Source: Macrostomum lignano
Taxonomy: Eukaryota
Assembly (NCBI GenBank): GCA_002269645.1
Contig: NIVC01000587.1
Location: 372,001 to 436,000 of the forward strand
Length of the DNA: 64,000 bases
Reading direction: 5' to 3'
Every line of letters begins with the position of its first letter. The stretch's first letter is position 1. Shown piece by piece: positions 1-11,570 of this stretch. The notes under the pieces are model-generated. The model made no database searches. It was not told the origin of the DNA and was given only the letters and a program-made list of their open reading frames with translations. The position numbers were made by a program, and so were the translations under genes.

Positions 1-231
1 AGCTGCGTCATGCCATTGAAAACGCTTGGCAGCAGCTTTCCCAGGACTTTCTGCGCCGCCTCATCCTGGGGATGCCCCGCAGAGTCGCCGCACTTCAGCG
101 TGCGAGGGATCGTTCTTAAGCATTTGTGATTCTAACTGCATATTGCAAAAAAATAACTGTGTTGATTTTTCTCGAATGACGTTTATTATTGATTCACTCG
201 CGGCGACTTATTTGCGTAACTCGAGGGTTGA
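1..231 (+). mobile_element. 3' end of a Tc1/mariner-type DNA transposon (transposase C-terminus fragment)
   Basis: Frame from nt 3 reads LRHAIENAWQQLSQDFLRRLILGMPRRVAALQRAR, matching the Tc1 C-terminal pattern LxxAIxxAW...LI.SMPRR..A...ARG. It is truncated by the window edge and probably frameshifted at the very end. The right TIR and TA TSD were not confirmed. Confidence 0.6.
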
Positions 232-814
232 ATTGTGAGTGAGAAGTCCTCCCTCCCACAAGTCCGCCTCTACCGGCCTCCCCCTCCATAAGCTCCGTCC
301 CTATAAGCTTCGACTGTCTCTGCACTGTCTCTCAATCTTGCGAGTGACGCAACTTATAGCTATACGCCACAAGACGACTTGGGTTGAGGAATGAAGTGGG
401 GGAAGGGGATCGCGGTGTGCGAGAGTTGGACGGATTAAAGCTACGCCTCAGTTTTCTCGGATCTTTTATTTCAGAATAGTCCAAGCTAGAAGCTAGCTCA
501 CTGGCGCATAGAGTGGCGGCTTTTTTCAATGTTGCTTTGTCAGTGTGGATTCTCAACTTGACTGACAAGATACGAGTATTTTGTATGACTGGGTTCATAA
601 CTTGACTGAATGACGATATAGCTGCATGTGGATCTAATATCCCCACGATTACTAACCAAAGAAATAAAATGTCTAGCTTTTGATGAGATTGTGAGACTAC
701 ATGTACATACAGTATACACATGTATAAACTATACTAGACAAACAACTACACTACCAGCGTAGCTCGAATACACGTACACGTTGGTATACTTCAATCGGTC
801 GAATAAATAGAAAA

Positions 815-1400
815 ACCATCCTCCATCAACTCCGCCCCTTCGACCCCCCTCCATCAGCTCCGCCCCTACCACCCCCCTCCAACAGCTCCGCCCCTACCGT
901 CCCCCCTTCATCAGCTCCACCCCTATCGCCCCCCCTCCAACAGGTCCGCCCCCTCCAATTACAGGTCCGCCCTTACCACCGCCCCCCATCAGCTCCGCCC
1001 CTACCGCCCCCATCAGCTCCGCCCCTACCGCCCCCCATCAGCTCCGACCCTACCGCCCCCCATCAGCTTCGACCCTACCGACTCCCATCAGCTCCACCCC
1101 TACCGCCCCCCATCAGCTCCGCCCCTACCGCCCCCCATCAGCTCCGACCCTACCGACTCCCATCAGCTCCACCCCTACCGCCCCCCATCAGCTCCGACCC
1201 TACCGACTCCCATCAGCTCCACCCCTACCGCCCCCCATCAGCTCCGCCCCTACCGCCCCCCATCAGCTCCACCCCTACCGACTCCCATCAGCTCCGCCCT
1301 ACCGCCCCCCATCAGCTCCGCCTCTTCAAAAGCTCCGCCGCTACCGCCCCCCATCAGCTCCGCCCCTCCAAAAGGTCCGCCCCAACGCCTCCCTTCATCA
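815..1400. repeat. C-rich minisatellite, ~25-bp unit CATCAGCTCCGCCCCTACCGCCCCC
   Basis: Direct tandem copies visible, with degenerate flanking copies; a related partial copy lies near 250-310. Confidence 0.9.
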
Positions 1401-2474
1401 GCTCCTCTACGACAAAGTAATGGTTAAACACAGCGTGCAGCTCTAAGACAGCGAATATACAGTTATCAACAAATCATTCTCTAGGAAACTTGATCGACAC
1501 AAATAATTGGCACCAGTATTGCTTTCGACTATGTAAACGAGACTTGCGCCAATTCAAATAGGACGCCATACGAGATCTTTGCGAGTATTGCAAGACAACA
1601 GTGGCAGAAAAAGACTAGAGTGGGAAGTGAGTTGCTTGCTTCCTATTCAGGTTAGTATTTTGCGTTGGTCTAACTTAAGCCTGGGGCACAGACTGCGGTC
1701 AGGGAAAGAGCAGGGAAAGTGGAAGTAGGAAAAGTGACTCCAATTTTATTTACGTACCAAGATTTCCTTGGTTCTATCCGCGATCCGAAGATCAAATATA
1801 CCAAGTCTGCGGAGCTCAGTCTGCTTTCCATATACTCGTACCTTTGCTTGAGGAGCATTTGGATCAGTGAGGAGTCTGGCTAAAGTCTCGTTTCGATTGC
1901 CAAAAGCGATACAGTACATGTATTACATTACAATGTATTTCAAGCGATTAAAATGATCATTGCGCTATAAGTTGCATACAGATTCATATTGGGGCCACAC
2001 AATGTGACATTATTGGCACAATGTTACGTCAATAAATGCAGAAGTATAGTATATAGTTGTAATACAGAAAAGCGACAATAGTTAGATAATGACATTGGAA
2101 ATTGAATTTCGCGATAGTATTACACCAACGCCACACGGCATTAACGCCGAACGAAAATGCACGGACTTGAAAGTAAACGATTTGCTTGGTTGCGTCGGAA
2201 TTAAATCAGTAAATCAGTAAGAAGCATACGCTTTTTAAATTGCGAGTACCCGGTATGCACCATCACAGTTCGCAGCTGGGCAAATTATTCTGAAGAGAAG
2301 AAGAATTACGATTTTATTAGCAGAGTTACGAGAAGGGGAGCCGCCGGGGGAGGAGGGGTAAGGGAAAGAGGAGGGTATAAAAGGCTATTTAAAAACACTG
2401 TAGCAGACGGGTTATGCATGACACAGTAAGTAAAACAGAGAGGAGGGAAGAGCGTAACGAAGGCATAACCAAGG

Positions 2475-2830
2475 AGAGTAGAGGGTGGGCGCTGGAGTGG
2501 AGGAGAGGGAGGGCGCTGGAGTGGAGGAGAGAGAGGGCGCTGGAGTGGAGGAGAGGGAGGGAGCTGTGGTGGAGGAGAGGGAGGGCGCTGGAGTGGAGGA
2601 GAGGGAGGGCGCTGGAGTGGAGGAGAGGGAGGGAGCTGTAGTGGAGGAGAGGGAGGGCGCTGGAGTGGAGGAGAGGGAGGGCGCTGGAGTGGAGGAGAGG
2701 GAGGGAGCTGTAGTGGAGGAGAGGGAGGGCGCTGGAGTGGAGGAGAGGGTGGGCGCTGGAGTGAAGGAGAGGGAGGGCGCTGGAGTGGAGGAGAGGGAGG
2801 GCGCTGGAGTGGAGAAGAGGGTGGGCGCTG
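2475..2830. repeat. 24-bp minisatellite GAGGGCGCTGGAGTGGAGGAGAGG
   Basis: About 14 tandem copies; produces spurious QRPPSPPL and ALEWRRGR ORFs. Confidence 0.9.
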
Positions 2831-2959
2831 GAGGGGAGTAGAGGATGGGGGCTGGAAAGTAAAGGAAGAGAGGGTAGGGGCTAGAGAGGGGGAGGCGCTG
2901 GAGGTGGAAAGAGGGGATAGTAGAGGCTGGATAGTGAAAAGTATAACGCGGGAAGGAGA

Positions 2960-4365
2960 AGTAAAGGAAAAGCAGGATGGTATGGAGGGTATATGGAGGG
3001 TATGAATGGGTATAGAAGGGTATGGAGAGTATAGGGAGAGTATGGAGGGTATATGGAGGGCATAGAGGGTACAGGGAGGCCATGGGTGGGTATAGAAAAA
3101 GTATGGAGGGTATGGAGGGTATGGAGAGGTTATAAGGAGAGTATAGGGATGGTTTGGAGGGTATAGGGATGGTATGGAGGGTATAGGAATGGTATGGAGG
3201 GTATAGGGATTGTATGGAGGGTATAGGAATGGTATGGAGGGTATAGGGATGGTATGGAGGGTATATGGAGGGTATGAATGGGTATAGAAGGGTATGGAGA
3301 GTATAGGGAGAGTATGGAGGGTATATGGAGGGCATAGAGGGTACAGGGAGGCCATGGGTGGGTATAGAAAAAGTATGGAGGGTATGGAGGGTATCGAGAG
3401 GTTATAAGGAGGGTAAAGGGATGGTATGAAGGGTATAGGGATGGTATGGAGGGTATAGGAATGGTATGGAGGGTATAGGAATGGTATGGAGGGTATAGGG
3501 ATGGTATGGAGGGTATATGGAGGGTATGAATGGGTATAGAAGGGTATGGAGGGTATAGGGAGAGTATTGAGGGTATATGGAAGGCATAGAGAGTACAAGG
3601 AGGCCATGTATGGGTATAGAAAAAATATGGAGGGTATGGAGAGTATAGGGAGGGTATAGAGGGTATAGGGAGAGTATTGAGGGTATAAGGAGGGTATAGA
3701 GAAGGTATGCAAGGGTGTAGAGAGGTATGGATGGATATAGGAAGTGTATGGAGGGCATAAGGGGTACAAGGACGATATGGAAGGTAAAGGGAGGGCATGA
3801 AGAGTATATGGAGGGCATAAGGGGTACAGGGAGGGTATGGAGGGTATAGAAAGGGTATAAATGGGTATAGGAATGGTATGGAGGGTATAGGGAGGGCATA
3901 AGGGATATAAGGAGGTATGGAGGGTGTAAAGAGGTATTGATGGATATAGGAAGAGTATAGAGAGATATGGATGGGTATAGGAAGGATATGGAGGGTATGG
4001 AGAGATATAGGCAGGGCATGGAGGACATATTGAGGGAGGGTATAAGGGTATAGAGGGTATAGGAAGGGTATGGAAGGTATAGGAAGGGTATGGAGGGTAT
4101 AGGAAGGGTATGGAGGGTATAGCGAGGGTATGGAGGTACAAGGAGGGTATATAGGGAGGGTATAAATGGGTATAGGGAGAGTATAGAGTATGGAGGGTAT
4201 AGAGAGATATAGGGAGAGTATACAGAGTATAGGAAGGTATAGAGTGTACAGAGGGTATATAGAGAGCATTAGGGTATAGGGAAGGGGTATGGAGGATGTA
4301 GAGAGATAAAGATGGATATATGAAGAGTATGGAAGGTACAGGGAGAATATAGGGAGGGTATAGAA
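2960..4365. repeat. Degenerate purine-rich low-complexity repeat (GTATGGAGG / GTATAGGG units)
   Basis: Repeated 9-10-bp motifs plus larger internal duplications; source of the long P/Y/I/S-rich ORFs. Confidence 0.85.
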
Positions 4366-6053
4366 GGTATATAATTCTGCATCTAAAAAAATTGTTTCTT
4401 GGGTAAAAAACAAAGCAAATTAGCAAACCTATTAAAAAATAACTAGTCATTATTCCCTTAAGCTATGTTAGCTATGGAAATTTTGCATTTAAAACTAAAA
4501 CCTAAAATAGTCTAAAACCTATAGACTATTTTATCCCTAAGCCAATTTGGTCATAGATTATTTAAACAATTTTAATTACCAATCCAAGGCAACAAATATT
4601 AATTAACAAAACTAGCATATAAACATAGATTTATATTATAAGTAACCATTAAATTTTATAATTTTTTAGAACTATAATATGAAAATGGTTAAATAACATA
4701 ATCTTACCTAATGCTATATAAATATATAGATATATCATAATTAAATAATAATATAACCTTGTATAGGCCTAGCTATACTAGGCCTAGACTTTGATAAAAT
4801 AAATGTTTGCAGGAAAGAAAAGTCTAGATACAAAATATCTATGATTATGGCCACAATAATTTTGGGGCAAAAACAAAATTTAAATAACAAAAATGAGAAT
4901 ATAGTCAAAACATTCTTATTTTATAAATGTAGGCCTGGCCTAATGGACTTTTTATGCTAGAAATTAACCATTTAATTTTTGTTTGGTTTTAAAAAATAAA
5001 ATGCTTTGATATTAAAAGCTTATTATTATCCCCATGCTGCATGCATTAAAACTTGATTTATTTGGTAGGCCTATATTTAATGATCAATGTGCTTCCCAAC
5101 CCCATCAAGTTTGATTTTAATTTTTCTAGGCCTAGGCCCCTATGCCAATTGTTAAATAGGTTGTAAATTAGGCCTATCAAATAAAAAATCAAAGTACCTT
5201 AGTAATCTGCAATCACCCCATTCCAAATTTTCTAGATCCCAATCTGAAATGAAACCAATAGAATAGGTCTAGTCTAGTCTAGTCAGTGTGGCAGAACCAG
5301 GTAGTAGGCCTAACGATGATGATATGATATATTTTAATGATATTCTGACAATCCATCTATCTAGGCTAGGCCCCTAAGTCATATCTAATATCCATATCTG
5401 TATTTTAGGGATCGCAGTCGCAGTCAGCTTAAACAAGCCTGCTGCTGGCACTTGTACTCAAAATTAAGCATATTCAAAATTGATGATGTATCGAAAGTTG
5501 CTTTAGGAATAACTAACTCTGTACAGTGAAATGTATGTAACTCCCGTTTTTTTTATAAACGAATAGAAAGCAATACTATTCAGTTGTGATTAGGCTACAA
5601 TATTGAATTTTGACGGTACTAGTTTGTTTGTCATTGTGCAGGCAATATGTACGAGTATCCAGCATGCAGTAAAGGCAACCAGCATGCAGGATATGCATGT
5701 TTATCGTACCTAAAATTGTGCTGAATTCGCGTATAAACTGCTGACACGGGTGGTTGCGTGGAATAAAACATTCGCTTTTAACTTTTACTAAAAGTTTTTA
5801 TAGATTTTTTCGCGCATTTTTTGTTTCATCTACACGGTGACTATGCTGTGCATGTACAAAAATTGAAACATTGTTATACGTGGCCATTTTTTGACGTGTG
5901 TCCGGCCTTTTTTGAAATTTGGCCTATGCCTCGGAGCCTTTCGGAAGCCTCAGCTATGAGCTGGACATCAGTGTCACAATCACACGTAGGCTTATAGGAC
6001 ACGTTTTTCTCGGCTTCGGAAGCGGTCAATACGTTTTGTGTACGCGAATGAAT

Positions 6054-6313
6054 GGGCCTTTTCATATTGCTTGTTCTGGTACCAGAACCAGAACCAATTT
6101 GTGAAGTATAACTTTTTGTCTCCATAACTAGAGGGAGATACGTGCTATAAAGTTTTTATTATTGAATGACAATCGCCAAAAAGAAAGTAAAAAATTGTGC
6201 TAAGTTAGGTTGTTAAGGCAGTCAAATATTAACAGAGTTTAATAGTTATACTGCTGTTTTTCTTGGAATTCCGAACCGATTCTGGTTCTGGAATTGGTAA
6301 TATGAAAAGGCCC
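6054..6313. mobile_element. 260-bp MITE with GGGCCTTTTCATATT TIRs and AAT 3-bp TSD (Harbinger-like, family uncertain)
   Basis: Left end gggccttttcatatt (6054); right end aatatgaaaaggccc (6313); aat flanks both sides (6051-6053, 6314-6316). Confidence 0.6.
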
Positions 6314-6559
6314 AATGAGAAATACTGAGCTGGACCAATTGGCTTACAGCCTCTTTCGAAGAAGTTAGCGCGTACTTTATTTTAATTTCAACTTAAATAA
6401 AGTGTTAAAAGTCAAGTGTTCTTAATATATGGACGTCATATGCCTAGTTTTCTTTTTAAGACCTATTTGAATTGGGAGGTTTTATTTTAGAGCCTATTTC
6501 ATAGTTTGCCTAGGCTAAATTTGTAAAATAAAAAAATAAAAACAAATATTAAGAGCAAG

Positions 6560-7443
6560 AGGCTTTTCACATTACCAATACCAATTTCAGAACCAGAATT
6601 GGTTTAGATCTTCCAAGAAAAAAAAGCAGTAGGCCTATAGCTATTTAACATTGTTAATTGTTTGACTGCTTTAACAGCCTCAATTTGCACAATTTTCACT
6701 TTCTTGCTTGGCTATTGCCATTCAATAATTACAACTTTGGCAATCTTCCAGTTTGTTTTGTGATATTAGGGCCTAGTTTTGAGTTTGTAATGGTGCATCA
6801 ACATAATGACATGCCAGAAAATGATGTCTCAGTCTATGGCCAAAAGGGATGCAAAATAGAGTCAGAGGAGTAACAGTAACAGTAACAGTGACAGTAATAG
6901 TCTATGGCCAAAATTGCCAACCACACCATCATGAATCATCGGCTCCATTTTGTCAACCCCTACGATGCCACAGTACATACCAACACAATAGAAGGATTGT
7001 GGGCACTAGTTAAGCTAAAGTTCTATAATATGCATAGTATATCCAATGCCCTCTTTGAACTATATCTTGAGGAGTTTCTATGGCATTGCCTATATCCTAG
7101 CGCAGCATTTGGCGCTGTGTTGTATTGGGTAGCGTAGTGCATTATTATCCTTTGTAACTTTGTTTTCTAGGCCTACCCCTTAATTGTTACTGTTATTCAT
7201 TAGACTCTATTTTGTATCCCTTTTGGCCATAGGTATCGTTTTCTAGTGTGTCATTATGTTGACATATCATTTCAAACTCAAACATAATATTGCGAAACAA
7301 ACTGGAAGATTGCTATAACTTTATTATTATAGCTTATATATCCATTATCTCTCCTACTTTAGGCCTAGGAGACAAAATTTTACTTCACAAATTAGATCTA
7401 GGCCCCTAGTTCTAGAACTAGAACAAGCAATATGAAAAGGCCC
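6560..7443. mobile_element. Second, more decayed and inverted copy of the same MITE family, interrupted by a Merlin-type insert
   Basis: 6560-6660 is the reverse complement of 6225-6313, and 7405-7443 is the reverse complement of 6054-6095. Confidence 0.5.
6725..7330 (+). mobile_element. Degenerate Merlin/IS1595 (ISXO2-like) transposon derivative: long inverted arms around a transposase C-terminal fragment
   Basis: ORF 6904-7137 NHRLHFVNPYDATVHTNTIEGLWALVK...LFELYLEEFLWH matches the ISXO2-like motif NH..FV.P..GVHTNTIEG.W...K...YL.EF.WR. Arms 6725-6890 and 7184-7330 align as inverted repeats. Confidence 0.75.
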
Positions 7444-9187
7444 TAACTAAGAAGAAATGTTATGTCTAGATTCTAAACTAAGATGCAATTTAAATTTATG
7501 TCTTAATGGTTTATCTGCAAATGTAAATAAATGGTTAGATTAGGAGGATTCTTATATTATAGGCCTAGACAATATATAAGCCTAGGCCTGTTAATTTAGA
7601 AAGATAGAATTAGAAAAACTTATTCAATATCAATAGGCTAGTAGTAGGCCCTAGCAATAGTTAATTCAAATAAGAATAAATAAAGTATTCTTTCAATTTA
7701 TAATCAGTGGTATAAGGGAAAGGCTAGGCAAAGGGGAATAAGGAGATGTATCTCTCCTATGGCTATAAGGCTATGCTAGCTATGGGTATAGTCGATAGTT
7801 CATACAATTTTTATAAAAGTTAGGCCTACCTTATACAATACTAATAAAAAGCAATAGTCTTACTAAAACTAGTTGTATCTCTCTATAAAAAATTCTGGCT
7901 ATGTGACTACTTAGGCCTATAATCTTGATTTTACTAAGTTTTGTTATTATAATCCTTGTTGAAAATTAATGACAAAAGTGAAATTGTTTATCAAAAGATA
8001 TTATATAAATTACCTATATTTAATTCTTATATATTAGCATTTCAAAATTCATATCAAATAAAAATCAATATCTAGGCATATAACTTAAGCAAAACTAATA
8101 ACAAAGGTTATATAGGGCCTATTCTCTTTTGTTATATAATAATTTAAGTAAGGCCTTGGAGAAATAATATATAGGTGATTATAGGATAAAATTAAAAGAA
8201 ATAGGCCTAGGCCTATCCATTTTATTTTACAATTACCTAACATTAGAATTATAATATAAATAATCTATAGTTTGAAAAATAAAAATTATTGAATGTAAAC
8301 TAGCACACTAGCCAAATATCAGTTAGGGCCTAGTCATTCTAAAGGCATAGAGTCCCAATCAATATCAAATAGCTTATTATTAAAAGAAGTTTTTATAGAT
8401 TTTAGACATTTTTCTATAGATTATACAAAAAAAACTCAAGTCTAGCCTTTATAATAACAATCATAGCAAAGCAATGCCATAATATATACTTTTTTAACTA
8501 TATAAAAATTATATCTAAGATAAGAATACTAAATACAATGTCACAAAAGTAGCAAGCTAGGCTAAATTTAAATTTATTGCAATTAAATTTATTTAGTAAG
8601 CTTAGGATTTTTAATTAATTAAAATTGCTATAACTAATCAAACTAGTTGCCTAATTACAAAGATTGTTTCTTGAGCATATTAAAAAAGTGACATTTTTAT
8701 GAATGGCTATCTAGCATGCTTTAAAAAGTGTTGGCACCAAAGGGGCTAAGGGGCTGCATGCCAGAAAGACAGAGGTGGTGTACTAGAGAGGCTAAGAGGT
8801 GGCATGCCAGAGGGGCTGAGGGGTGGCATGCCATAGGGGTGGTGCACTAGAGGCAAAGGGGTAGCATACACTTAAAGGGTGGCACATGGATATGACAATG
8901 TTAAAGGGATATCACCTAGATCTGCTATGCTCGGCGCGAAGTGTGTGATTCTTGGCACGTGTCCGCGGACTTTGAGAATTTATTCAAAGCTAAAATAACA
9001 AAAAAAGCAATTTAGTAACATAGCAAGATGAAGGCGTAAGCCAATTGCTCAAAGGTGCTCAGAATTTCATAGGCAGTAGACAATTTCACTTCAAGTGTAG
9101 TAATCTGTGAAACTTGCGCTTACTTTCATACTCATTGCCCTTTTATTGCATTTTTTCTACTCCAGCTGCAAGTCTAAACTACTTAAA

Positions 9188-10101
9188 ATGGGCCGCCGAA
9201 GGAAGGCTAGGAAGCCGCCGCCAAAGCAGAAGGCCATTATGCCGCTGGACATGCAGTTCAATTGTCCATTCTGCAATCATGAGAAATCTTGCGAAGTCAA
9301 GATGTAAGTGTGTGTACCTGAATGTGCACTTTAAAGACCCCTTTGCATTGCGCTTTGCACTTTGATCTCATTCAACTCTTACGGTTGTGTCTCACGTGTC
9401 TCATGTGAGATCTCATGGGTGCATGATATTTCCCGTTTCTTGTGTGATCTCACATGTGTACTTCACGTTTCTCATGTAAGATCTCATGGGTTCATTTCAC
9501 GTTTCTTATGTAAGATTAATGGGTTTATTTCACGTTTCTCATGTGAGATCTCTTAGGTGTGTGGTATTTCACGTTTCTAATGGCCGTGTGTGTATTTCAC
9601 GTTTCTCAAGTGAGATCTAATGGGTGTTTTATGCTTCTCATTGAGATCTCATGGGCTGTATTTCACGTTTCTCATGTGAGATCTCTTAGGTGTATGATAT
9701 TTCCCGTTTCTTGTGTGAGATCTCACAAGTGTACTTCTCGTTTCTCATGCGAGATCTCATGGGTTTATTTCACGTTTCTCATGCGAGATCTCATGAGCAG
9801 CTTTCACGTTTCATACGTGAATTTTCCTACAACGCATTTCGCGTTCCTGATACCTGAGATCTCTAATCATTGAACTATGGATTGTAACATCATAATTCCC
9901 ATTTTAAAAGCTTGCTAAACCAGCCACCATGAAAAAGCTTCAATTCTGGCACAAAATCATCTCAGGAATCGAGCAGCCGGCGTCGGCTCAATCTCCTGCC
10001 GGGTCTGTCTGGAAGACTTCCAGACCAACATTAACTACCTGTCCGAGCCTATAGACGTCTACGGCGACTGGGTTGACGCCTGCGAGGAGGCCAATGCGTA
10101 G
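9188..10101 (+). CDS. ELOF1: Transcription elongation factor 1 homolog (Elf1/ELOF1), 2 exons: 9188-9303 and 9966-10101, 83 aa
   Basis: [39 protein letters not shown]|[44 protein letters not shown]. CxxC...CxxC zinc ribbon; phase-2 GT-AG intron (at|gtaagt ... ctcag|g); 252 nt in total. Confidence 0.97.
9365..9870. repeat. Degenerate tandem repeat in the ELOF1 intron (TTTCACGTTTCTCATGTGAGATCTC core)
   Basis: About a dozen imperfect copies fill the intron. Confidence 0.8.
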
Positions 10102-10614
10102 CTTTCAGTGCCACAGTGGTCTTTAGACTGCTAATTAATCAATACAGTGCATTGATTGGCTTGGTAAAACTGCTTCTCTGCTTTCCAGGGGTTTGCGAAT
10201 GATGCGATATAAATAAGTGAAAGCAAAGATTAGTGTTATTGTTGCTATTGTTGTCAGTATGTGTTATGTTTTCATTCCTAAAACTGTTTATAAGTCAGTC
10301 CCAGGCTCGAATTTCTTCCGTATTTGTCTGTTCCGCTTCGTTGAATAATAATTTTTGTACCTATAATAATTCTTGTGCATTGCACTGTATAGTGCGGTTT
10401 TAGTCTGTCTTTATTGGTTTTTTGTTTAAACTTGTATCGCGGGTTTGTGTGTGTATTAGTGAAAGTTATTGCGCAATATTAATTTATTATTCAACAATAC
10501 AATCCCTGTTTGTTTGCATTGGTTTTTTTAAGTCAGTTGATTGGCATATTCTGGCTATGGAATTTAATTATTTATTTGCTTATAACTTGAACAATGTAGG
10601 TAGGCACTTCTAAG

Positions 10615-11090
10615 GCAGTTCTTAGAAACGCCAATCGCTAACAGGATTCTTTCTTAGAAACGCCAATCGCTACCATGATTCCTTCTGAGAAACGGTGTGG
10701 AGTATTTTTTTCTTAGAAACCGTGTAAAGTTTTTCCTTTCTTAGAAACACCAATCGCTACCATGATTCCTTCTGAGAAACGGTGTGGAGTATTTTTTTCT
10801 TAGAAACCGTGTAAAGTTTTTCCTTTCTTAGAAACACCAATCGCTACCATGATTCCTTCTGAGAAACGGTGTGGAGTATTTTTTTCTTAGAAACCGTGTA
10901 AAGTTTTTCCTTTCTTAGAAACACCAATCGCTACCATGATTCTTTCATAGAAACAGAGTAACATATACTTTTTTTGAAACGCCAATCGCTACTGTGATTC
11001 TTAGAAAGAAAGTTTTTTTCTTTCTTAGAAACACCAATCGCTACCAGAATTTTTAAAATAGTGTAGAGTAGTTTCCTTTCTTAGAACCAA
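10615..11090. repeat. 87-bp tandem repeat built from TTAGAAAC sub-repeats
   Basis: caccaatcgc recurs at 10748, 10835 and 10922. Confidence 0.85.
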
Positions 11091-11111
11091 TCTTACTTGA
11101 TTATATTGCAG

Positions 11112-11570
11112 TCAAGCGACGCCAACTGTTGCGCCCGCTATGCGGAGGCGGCGTCGGCACCAAAATCAAAGCAAAAGAAGAAGCGGCAGCAGCGGCAAAG
11201 GCGAAGTCGAAAAGAGAAGCTGCGCATTGAGGCAGCGCAGCCAATGCAGAAAGCTAACGGCCAGTCTTCGCCTGTAGTGCTGGTCGCCTATCGAAAAATC
11301 GATCAATCTGAAGATCAAAATAGAAAATCGTTAAGCCCAAAACCGCTGCAGCCGTCACCACCGAAGCAGCCTGGGTCAGTTCAAGAAGTCGCTGGCGTCG
11401 CCCCGACGGCGGTGCAGCAGTCCCAGTCGCAGCTGAACGTATTCAATCCGCAGCCGCCAAGCGCATTGAAGCGGCTTCGGCCACGTCAGCAGCAGCACCG
11501 GGGGAAACAGCTCCTGTCCAGGCTGAAGCGATGTCGATCGAAACGCCTTACTGACGGTGGCAATAAATAA
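11112..11570 (+). CDS. Candidate orphan terminal exon, Gln/Pro/Lys-rich, product unknown
   Basis: GC-rich open frame after a ttgcag acceptor-like site, ending in TAA. No recognisable domain and no upstream exon linked. Confidence 0.3.
   Translation, partial: SSDANCCARYAEAASAPKSKQKKKRQQRQRRSRKEKLRIEAAQPMQKANGQSSPVVLVAYRKIDQSEDQNRKSLSPKPLQPSPPKQPGSVQEVAGVAPTAVQQSQSQLNVFNPQPPSALKRLRPRQQQHRGKQLLSRLKRCRSKRLTDGGNK

Noticed and set aside
332-721. 129-aa ORF with unique-looking sequence
   Set aside because: No recognisable domain or splice signals linking it to anything; left unannotated.
2306-4450. 714-aa extensin-like ORF and overlapping 200-430 aa ORFs
   Set aside because: They derive from low-complexity and 24-bp tandem repeats that are open in several frames at once; there is no unique domain or splice context.
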